Below are positions 18,978 through 27,826 of a stretch of 64,000 nucleotides of DNA, in pieces (the stretch's first letter is position 1; every line of letters starts with the position of its first letter). The notes under the pieces are model-generated. The model was not told where the DNA came from. It ran no database searches and saw only the letters and a list, made by a program, of their open reading frames with translations. This DNA comes from Candidatus Bathyarchaeota archaeon (lineage in GTDB: Archaea; Thermoproteota; Bathyarchaeia; Bathyarchaeales; Bathycorpusculaceae): NCBI GenBank assembly GCA_963806535.1, contig CAWDYC010000007.1, forward strand, positions 96,001 through 160,000, in the 5' to 3' direction. A program made the translations under genes and the position numbers.

Positions 18978-20450
18978 ATGAAACATCATAAAAGATCTTT
19001 TGCCAAGTTTATTGGAATAATAATGGTAGTCCTATTCTTAGTCTTACCATATACAATTCAATTTACTCATGCCCAAGCCAGTGGAAACGACAAATGGGCA
19101 TTAAACTTCCAAATTATGAATGCACAAAACGCCACTTCCACAACTTTCGCGCCTTTTGATGAAATCAAATTTAGCGCAAATGTAACCTATTCCAACGCCT
19201 CACAACCAGACATACTTGTAACCTTCAAGGTGCAAGGACCTACTGAATCACAAAACCCAATAAATATCACCCGAATAGCAACAACAAGCTCAAGTGGCGA
19301 AGCCGAATGTTCGTTCTTCTTACCAATAATGAACCAAAACAATAATTCAGTAACTGGGACTTGGCAAACCACCGCAACCATACGAACAAGCAACGGCACC
19401 ATTCAACAGAATCAGGATTTCACCACTCAATGGAAGCTGGAAATTAAGTCAATTAGCATAAAAAATTCTCAGAATCAAAACCAATCAATCTTTTACCCAG
19501 GAAATACCTGCGGTTTGCTGCTGGAATTGAAAAACAATGGACCATCACAAACGGCAAACATAACCCTTACCATGCAAGATTCAACAGGCAAGGTAATCAA
19601 CCAGACACAAATTGAAAATACTCAAGTGGAAACAACAACCACCAATTCAACACAAATCCAAAGCAGCATCCAAATACCTAACTCAGCGCTGACAGGTGAA
19701 TCTACAATTACAGGTGCAATTTACGCTGGAAACTACAATTATTCAATGTTGCCAGCAGGCGAAAATAAAACAGCATACTTTACAATTACTGGCAATATTG
19801 CACCTTCAACGACTGCTATTCCGACTCCCTCACCGACAGTGGAAAACGCGATGGGTCTATTCTCGTGGCTTCTAGTTGCAACAGGGCTATTTACATTCAC
19901 AGCATTATTTATGTTCTTGAAACGAAAAACCATTCCTGGAATTAACACTCAAATTCCAATAACTCCAGCGCCAACATCCAACCAAATCACAACAACCCTA
20001 CCGCCCCAACTATTAGAGCAACAACCGACTGGACAAACCGCATTGCTAGTTACACCAACAGCCAAAGTAGCCTCCGAAAAAACAGTCAATGCAACGCTGC
20101 CAATATCATTACCTAGCATTTATGAGACTCTAAATATGCCAACTTCAGAATCAACAAATCCTCAAGAACAAAAACAAATAATAATCAACCAGCTAACCAA
20201 AATTTCCAGCGCCAGCCAAAGAGTTCAAGCACTAGAATCTGCACTTAAAATAGAAAGAGAACAGCTCAGCAAAGAAATAGCAACTCTTACCAAAACACTT
20301 GAGGAACAAGAAAGAGCGGTCAAAAACTACTTCGACACAATAAAAGAAGAAATAGCAAAGCTAAACTCTAACCCAAACAGCGATAAGGAAGAAAATGCGC
20401 CTTCACAAAATAGGGTAAATCAACAACTTAAGAAAGATGGCGAGAATTAA
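18978..20450 (+). CDS. Single-pass membrane protein: extracellular Ig/MG2-like pair, TM helix, cytoplasmic P/T/Q linker and coiled coil
   Basis: Signal peptide; FAPFDEIKFSANVTYSN..GTWQTT domain; TM LFSWLLVATGLFTFTALFMFL + KRK; heptad-rich C-terminus. Confidence 0.8.
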   Translation: MKHHKRSFAKFIGIIMVVLFLVLPYTIQFTHAQASGNDKWALNFQIMNAQNATSTTFAPFDEIKFSANVTYSNASQPDILVTFKVQGPTESQNPINITRIATTSSSGEAECSFFLPIMNQNNNSVTGTWQTTATIRTSNGTIQQNQDFTTQWKLEIKSISIKNSQNQNQSIFYPGNTCGLLLELKNNGPSQTANITLTMQDSTGKVINQTQIENTQVETTTTNSTQIQSSIQIPNSALTGESTITGAIYAGNYNYSMLPAGENKTAYFTITGNIAPSTTAIPTPSPTVENAMGLFSWLLVATGLFTFTALFMFLKRKTIPGINTQIPITPAPTSNQITTTLPPQLLEQQPTGQTALLVTPTAKVASEKTVNATLPISLPSIYETLNMPTSESTNPQEQKQIIINQLTKISSASQRVQALESALKIEREQLSKEIATLTKTLEEQERAVKNYFDTIKEEIAKLNSNPNSDKEENAPSQNRVNQQLKKDGEN

Positions 20451-21224
20451 TTTATTTCAATTTCACATCTTTTTAATCCAAAATTAGCCTCTCAAAATCA
20501 CGCATCTTTATTTTAATAATATTTGGACAAACTGCTTAAGAAACTTATTCATAATCAACGTTTTAAATAAAAATGAGGAAAAGGGGCCATTACCAAAAAC
20601 AAAATTAATTTAGTGAAATGGCATTTTTCCTCATTTGCCTTCTCCAATTTCTCCAGTTGACAACTAAGCGAGCAATCGCTATTTGATACTTGTCAATATA
20701 GAAAATGAAATACAAATAGTCTTTGCGAAATCTATTTAGTGATTAGAATTCTAAAACCTAAATTAATATTAAAAAAAAATAATCAATCCAATTTCAAGTT
20801 ACGGCAATGTAGTATCTGTATAACTTATGTCTTTAAGACTTATTTGCGATGTTCTTTCCTCAAAATTGAGGCTAACCATAATTATGTCCAATTCATTGCC
20901 CTGTTCCAATTGCATACCGAATTAGATAAACCAAAAGAATTTCAAGAGCGCAGGATGAGAGACCACAAAAACGTACTTAGCGAAGTAAAATTCAGAGATC
21001 TAAGAAAGTGAAAAAGTGGAGAAAGTGCTTTCTCAGTTTACACTTTCTCGCCGAAGCAAGTGGCAGCAGAGAAAATGCTAAACAAGAAAGTCTTATGAAT
21101 GAATTTGCATTAATTTTATCTTTTTCAACTAAATAGTTTGCAAAAAAACTATAGCGCATCATTTTCTATGGCGAAAGGTGCTTTATATGTACATCTCCCC
21201 TGTGCAAACAGGAGAAAGGTGAAA

Positions 21225-23331
21225 ATGAAGAAAACAGGAAAGGTAATGGGAATTATAATAGTAATGTTGATCGCGTTTTTTAGTGCATCATTCATTGCTA
21301 CATCAAACGCCTCAGGAACAAGTCAAGTCACCATATACAATGGAGCAAATCAAGGCTCAATAGACTACAAAGTTGACAATGTACAATATTCAACACAGCA
21401 AACATTTACTTGGACACAAGGAAGCACACACACAATACAAGGAATCCAAACAACTATCGGAAACCAACTACAACTTTCACCAGCAGGAGACTTTTATGTA
21501 GATGGCAGCTATATTTATACTAACGTCTTAACATATACAGTTCCAACACATGATGGTTCAGTCTTCATAGATTCATCAACAAAATACGGAATTACTTTTA
21601 ACACCAACGGAATTGGATCAGTTACACCATCAGGATTCGGATGGTATGACCAAAGTTCAATAGACGCTGTTGCAACCCCAACAAATCCTAGCCAAGTCTT
21701 CACAGGATGGACATTTGATCCAACTTTTGAAATTGACGACCCTTTGAATCCAGCGCAGACTGTTTACATTAATGGATACGGAACAGTAACTGCAAACTTC
21801 TATCAACCACCTGCATTAACAAGTACAATAACAATAACGAATCACGCTGGAACAGGAAGTACAAACTACAAAGTTGACAATATACAATATTCAACGCCAC
21901 AAATATTCACATGGGAGCAAGGAAGCATTCACACTATTACTGGAGTCACAACTATAAACGGTCAAGAAAGATATGTTCCAACTTCAATAGACAGTGGAAT
22001 AACACAACCCACTACATATGTAACAGATCCATGCACTTACACTGTCCCAACATATGATGAACACATTTGGATAGCACCTACCACACAATACGCAGTAAAC
22101 TTTAACGTAAATGGACTTGGCACAGTAACCCCTTCAGGACAAAACTGGATTAATCCATGGGCAAACATCACGATTTCCGCCACACCAGCAGTTGGTCAAA
22201 GATTTACAGGTTGGACAGCTACAAGTGACTATGGAGACGTCTACTTCCTTGATGCATCTGCAGCATCAACAAATGTCTCAATAGGCGATCTTAACACAGT
22301 TATCACAGCGAACTTTGCACCAATGCCCACAAGTCAAATTACAATAAATAATAACCAAGTAACTTATCAAATTGATGGGAGCAACTATTACTCTTCAAAC
22401 GGTCAAGTCTTTAATTGGATTCAAGGAAGCACACACACAATAACAACATCTGAGAGCATTTTCGGTTTAACTATGAAATACACACCTACGGGATTTATTT
22501 CTCCAAGCATAGGCTCTGTAAGCGGAAATACTTTAACCTACACAGTTCCGACAACAAATGAAGCTGTAAATATTGCATCTAATGTAAGCTACTGGGTAAC
22601 TGTAAATGCCAACACAAGTGGTTCAGTATCTCCGTCAGGTTCAACATGGTATTCAAATGAGCAACGAGTTCCTATAACTGCAACTCCAAACACTGGTTAC
22701 ACAATTCGTGAATTGGGTAATAACACCAGATGACGACACAACAATTGACAGCTTAACATCTGCTTCTACAACTGCCACTATGGGCGGCCCATGTACAATA
22801 ACAGCTAATTTTGCCCAGGTTCCGTCAACACCAGTTCAAATTACTAATGTTCAAATTCCATCAATTGCAACTCAAACAGGCTTTATGATGCCAATAAATG
22901 TCACTCTAAATAATCCAGATTCAGTATCTGAAACCGCAAATGTTCAAATAAATGCTAACGGAACATCTGTGTTCAGCGACACAATTACATTAAGTGCAAC
23001 ACAAACCGAAACAGTCCCATGCTACTTTAACGCAAGCGTATTAAGCATAGGAAATTACACCTGGATAGCAACTATAACCACCACAAGTCTGTCAGGTACA
23101 CCATCAACATCAACAACTGGACAAATGGCAGTGACTTATTTAGGCGACATCAATGGAGACTTCAAAGTTGACGGCAAAGATTTTATTGCTTTTTGCGGCG
23201 CATATGTTCAATATTGGCAAGTCGGCGGTTCGCACCAAGTTGATCCTGCATCAGACTTCAATCATGACGGCAAAATAGACGGCACTGATTTTATCGCTTT
23301 CAACAGTGCATATGTCAGTTATTGGGAGTAA
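21225..23331 (+). CDS. Secreted repeat protein (3 x [beta domain + InlB-B/Flg_new-like]), CARDB-like domain and dockerin; frameshifted
   Basis: ORFs 21138..22733 and 22708..23331 join if one A at 22703-22704 is removed (GYT-FVNW). Dockerin GDINGDFKVDGKD...SDFNHDGKIDGTD. Confidence 0.8.
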
Positions 23332-23634
23332 CAAACATTATTTAAGAAAAAGTTATACAATACGACTTTTTTTAAGATTTTGACACAAGAGGATTTTTTC
23401 GGCTAATCCGCAAATTATTCTCGTTACAAGAAACAAAATTATTCTACAATAGAATTTATCAATATTGTTCTCATTTAAAAATCTTATTTCTTTTAAATTG
23501 AAAAACGCGAACAATAAACAAAGAAGTTAAAATGTACCCTGAGAGATAACATTTTCTATATAGTTACTAGAAATTACTAAGGTATCTCTTAATTGGCGCG
23601 CCATAATAAGATTATTTGAGGGAGCTAAAAGCAA

Positions 23635-23829
23635 ATGAACAAAACCATTGAATCAATAACTTTCTTGTGTCCTGAATGTGAAGAGACCTTCGAATTTGAC
23701 CTTGTCGGAGAACACGAGTTTGTGCCATGTCCAATGTGTGGAACCGAATTTACCACTGTGAAAAAAGGCCAAAAGTTGCTGCTTGAATGCTTTGAATTCA
23801 ATTTGACTGAAAACGCGCCCGTGGCCTAA
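23635..23829 (+). CDS. Small zinc-ribbon protein (LysW-like fold, no EDWGE tail)
   Basis: CPEC-x16-CPMC; GGAG RBS upstream. Confidence 0.75.
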   Translation: MNKTIESITFLCPECEETFEFDLVGEHEFVPCPMCGTEFTTVKKGQKLLLECFEFNLTENAPVA

Positions 23830-23845
23830 GATGAGGTGAAAATGG

Positions 23846-24001
23846 TTGAAAGTTAAATGTGTGGGTTGCGAAAGAAAATTTGAAGTGCTTCCTGAAATCT
23901 TCGGTAACTACGATATAATATTCTGTCCAGTCTGCGGATTAGACCATCAAGTAATCAAAAAAACAAGCCGAGTTATAATTAAATCAATCCAGTGTGCATA
24001 A
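23846..24001 (+). CDS. Second small zinc-ribbon protein (51 aa)
   Basis: Not in the ORF track. TTG start after GAGGTG; MKVKCVGCERKFEVLPEIFGNYDIIFCPVCGLDHQV... Confidence 0.7.
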   Translation: MKVKCVGCERKFEVLPEIFGNYDIIFCPVCGLDHQVIKKTSRVIIKSIQCA

Positions 24002-24111
24002 AAAAAAGCACACACCAACACTTCTTTAGATTTCTCAAATGTGCTTGTATAGAGACTTGATTTAGAAATAAAATAGCAAATTATTAATTTCAACAGGTTT
24101 ACTTTGATTTT

Positions 24112-24651
24112 ATGAAAGAAATAGAAGCAAAGATTCTAGAAATCAACAGATCAAAGGTTGAGGAGACTCTCAAAAGTCTGGGTGCCGAAAAGATTTTCGA
24201 CGGAGACATCCAAACATTCTTCTTTGACTCAAAAGATGGCGTCATAATTAAAGCGAAAGATGTGTTACGGTTAAGAAAAGAGCAGAATCAAATTGAATTA
24301 ACATATAAAAAAGTTCGTTTCACCCAAACGGCCAAAGTAGCCGAAGAATATTCAGTTGAGGTCTCAAACTTTGATACGATGAAGAAAATCCTTGAGAACT
24401 TGGGGTTAAATGTCATCGAAAAGATGGAGAAACATAGAATTAGTTACAAGCTCGACAAATCCCGTTTTGACATCGACTGTTACCTTGGCGATTATAGTTA
24501 TATTCCTGAGTTTTTAGAAATAGAAGCAGAAGATAAAGATTTAATTCAAAAATATGCTGCACTTTTGGGTTTTAAGGCTTCTGATTGTTTGCCTTGGTCA
24601 ACGAATGATGTTGTTCAATATTATTCCTCAAAGAAAGAAAAAAATGTTTAA
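24112..24651 (+). CDS. CYTH / triphosphate tunnel metalloenzyme (CyaB-like)
   Basis: N-terminal EIEAK (ExExK), LRLR, LTYK, KHRISY, FLEIE. Confidence 0.88.
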   Translation: MKEIEAKILEINRSKVEETLKSLGAEKIFDGDIQTFFFDSKDGVIIKAKDVLRLRKEQNQIELTYKKVRFTQTAKVAEEYSVEVSNFDTMKKILENLGLNVIEKMEKHRISYKLDKSRFDIDCYLGDYSYIPEFLEIEAEDKDLIQKYAALLGFKASDCLPWSTNDVVQYYSSKKEKNV

Positions 24652-24671
24652 GGGTTATTTAGAGGCTCTTT

Positions 24672-25274
24672 TTACGCAGGTTTTTGAGACGAATCGGTAC
24701 TGGTGTGAGTAGAACTTGGGCTAGAGATAGGTTCTGTTGGCTTTGGAGGAATCGTTGACTTTGCAGAGGTAGGCTTAACTGGAGCTTTGACTTTCGTTGG
24801 AGCAACAGATTTTTTTTCTGTTTTTGCAGCCTTAGAGGAGACAACTGGTGAGGACTTTGCTTTAGCAGTTGGGATTTTTTTGATCTTAACAAGTTTCTTC
24901 TTTGGGGCATTCCATGAAGGAGCCTTTTCATGTTCTTGTACGTATTTGTCTAATAGTTCTTTTTGCATTGTTTTTGGTTTATCACAGGACATCCAGGTAA
25001 TGGCTGTTTTTTCAATGTAGCCGTCGCTTAACAAAGATTCGCTGATTTTCTTTGTGTTTTTTCCGCCATAGCCAGCCAAGTATCCTCCCAAAATCCGTCT
25101 AGCAAGCCTCTTGGATCGACCAATGTACAATATGTCTGATGCGGCTTTTCCAGTAAGAGAGGTATCTATTATAGCGAAAACGTTGCCGCTATTAGAGGGC
25201 AAGCTTGAGAATGAAATAGTTTTCAATGAACATGGTTGAGAGAAACCAATTTCTTTTAATGTTAAAGAATTCAC
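24672..25274 (-). CDS. GIY-YIG-like domain protein with Lys/Pro/Ser/Ala-rich tail
   Basis: GNVFAI...ILYIGRSKRLARRI...LL..Y...H...PSWN, followed by about 80 low-complexity basic residues. Confidence 0.7.
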   Translation of the reverse strand: MNSLTLKEIGFSQPCSLKTISFSSLPSNSGNVFAIIDTSLTGKAASDILYIGRSKRLARRILGGYLAGYGGKNTKKISESLLSDGYIEKTAITWMSCDKPKTMQKELLDKYVQEHEKAPSWNAPKKKLVKIKKIPTAKAKSSPVVSSKAAKTEKKSVAPTKVKAPVKPTSAKSTIPPKPTEPISSPSSTHTSTDSSQKPA

Positions 25275-25373
25275 GTTAAATCACACTTCCTTTTTTGTTT
25301 TTATAGAATCTTGTGTATCCTAAAATCTTTGAGTAAAATATAACTCTTACTATAACATCTTTTATCAAATTAA

Positions 25374-25408
25374 ATATATATTACTATATATGTCTATATA
25401 ATCTATTT
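25374..25408. promoter_or_regulatory. Phased (C/A)TATATA direct repeats in the divergent intergenic region upstream of ppk1
   Basis: atatata (25374), ctatata (25384), ctatata (25394), ctattt (25403): spacing 10, 10, 9 bp. Confidence 0.4.
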
Positions 25409-25691
25409 TGGAAGCACTTAACCCTCCATCTGTTTCTTAAATAATGCGGAGAAAAGAAAAAAATGACAGCCAAAAAAATTCTGTTATTTGAATACGAGAA
25501 TTATGCTTGCCGAAAACCAAAAACGGTGGATATCAACGAACTCTCAGGGAAGCGCCGTCGCTGAGCTTAAAACCGAAGCTTCTGAGAAGAAAATATCTTT
25601 ACAGATTAACTGATAAAGAGGTAAAACTAATTATTTCTGCTAGATGATGAGTCTAGCGGAAACCTTGCAAAAACACTGGATGAAATAGGTT

Positions 25692-27826
25692 ATGTCGGAG
25701 AAAAAAAATGATTCTAATGTCAATATTGACTTAAACGATAAAAAACTCTTAGATAACCCAAACTTTTTCATAAACAGGGAGCTTAGTTGGATCAGATTTA
25801 ATGCACGCGTTCTGGAGGAAGCTCGTGATCGTTGGCATCCTTTGTTAGAAAGAGTAAAATTCACTGCGATCTGTGGAAGCAATCTCGACGAGTTTTTCAT
25901 GACACGAATTCCCCGACTTATGAAAAAAATCAAAGCAGGCTCTAATGAGAAATCAAAGGACGGGATGACCGCAATAGAACAGATTGAAGCCACAAGAGAA
26001 GAAATTATTCCACTTATCATTAAACACGCAGATTGCTGGAGAAACGAACTTCTTCCTGCTCTTGCCAAGGAGAAAATTTTTATTTGGAAATTTAGCGAAC
26101 TAGGTACAAAAGATAAGGAAAATTTGCGCAATTTCTTAAAACAAAGTATTCTTCCGCTAATCAAAACTCCCCGCGAAGGCTTTGATGGTGGAGTATTAGA
26201 GAATTTACACATTACACTTTATATAACTGGCTTTGCTAATCCCGATTCTTTTTTTTGGTTGACGTTCCAAGTGAAAAGTTTGGAAGGCTCATAAGAATTC
26301 CAAAAAGCTCCAGCCAGCTAACTCTAGAAGGAGAGGCAAGCGTACACTATAACTACGTCTTCTTGGAAGATTTGATGGAAAGTAATCTACAATTATTTTT
26401 CCCAAATGAAAACAATCTATCTTGCTGTAAATTTAGATTAACGCGAAATGGAGAAATTAACATTCTGATGGATGAGTCTGCTGATTTTCTTGGTTCTGTT
26501 AAAAAAGGGCTTTCCGCTCGAAAAGCTGGGTTTCCAAGTAGATTAGAGTTCGAACGTAAAGTGCCTGAACTAGTTAGAGAAAAGGTAGCTGCAGCTTTGG
26601 GACTGCCTGAATATTTAACATACGAGTTTGATGGGCCACTAGGTTTTGTAGACCTTTGGCAACTACTCAAAATAAACCGTCCGGAACTCAAAGATAAAAG
26701 CTTCTTACCCTGCTTTTCGCCTCTTTTGTCACCTGAAAAAGGCATGCTAAAAACTATTGCCAAACAAGACTTTGTCTTGTATCACCCTTATGACAGTTTT
26801 GAAGTGATAATCGACCTGCTTAAAGAAGCAGCAAAGGACCCGAGCGTTTTGGAAATTTGCATCACAATGTACCGAATGGATCATAATTCACCCGTTGTGG
26901 AGGCATTGATTGAAGCTGCCGAAAAAGGCAAAAAGGTTACAGCAATAGTTGAGTTGAAAGCAAAATTCGACGAAGAAAACAATATCATATTAGTCTCAAA
27001 ACTAAGACAAGGCGGAGTAAACACCGTTTATAATTTTCCCAATTTTAAAGTACACGCGAAACTATGCTTAATCGTTAAAAAAGAAGGAGAACAAATTCTT
27101 AGATATAGTCACATTGGGTCAGGAAACTATAACGCAGTAACAGCAAAAATATACGGCGACATAGGCTACTTAACAGCAAATCCGGAAGTAGGAGCAGAAC
27201 TTGAAGAACTTTTTGGCATCATAATTAATGGACTGCAAGAAAAAGAATTTACACATTTGCTGGTAGCCCCAAAAACGCTGAAAAAGGAAATCCTCAAACG
27301 AATAGATAAAGAAATATATTTTCACCAGCAAACGGGCAATGGCTATTTGGCATTTAAATTAAACAATTTAGAGGAGACAGAAATTATTCAAGCCCTTTAC
27401 AAGGCATCCAGGGCTGGAATCAAAATCGACCTCAACGTCCGAGGACTATGCTGTTTAAGACCAGGAATAAAAGGGATAAGTGACAACATTTCCGTGATAT
27501 CTATAGTAGGGCGTTTTCTTGAGCATGCAAGGATTTATTATTTCCGAGACGAAGCAAACCCTGAAGTACTTATCGGCAGTTCAGATATGATGTTTAGAAA
27601 CCTAAACGAAAGAATTGAAGTTCTAATGTCAGTTCCTGATCCACACCTCAAAAGAGCAATCTTGGAAAATATGCTTAAAATCCATCTTTTGGACAACGTT
27701 AAAGCAAGAAAGCTTTTGCCAGACGGAACTTACGTTAGAGTTACACCAAAAGAAGGAGAAAAAACTATTAATTCCCAAGCTTGGCTCATCCAAAATAGAG
27801 GTGTATGGAATGAACGTTCCAATTAA
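25692..27826 (+). CDS. ppk1: Polyphosphate kinase 1 (frameshift in a T8 run)
   Basis: FINRELSWIRFNARVL, SNLDEFFM, HPYDSF, VELKARF-like VELKAKFDEENN, KVHAK, GRFLEHAR. Adding one T at 26249-26256 joins the two ORFs. Confidence 0.92.

Noticed and set aside
20739-21011. 90-aa ORF
   Set aside because: AT-rich, no RBS or motif; likely spurious.
23635-23829. lysW gene call
   Set aside because: Lacks the C-terminal EDWGE, and no lys/arg biosynthesis genes are adjacent.
24112-24651. Class IV adenylate cyclase call
   Set aside because: Most CYTH proteins are triphosphatases and the polyphosphate context favours that; cyclase activity cannot be supported from sequence.
25463-25613. Small ORF upstream of ppk1 (MTAKKILLFEY...)
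   Set aside because: Has a GGAG upstream but is only 33 aa (about 49 aa if a +1 error is assumed); no supporting motif.
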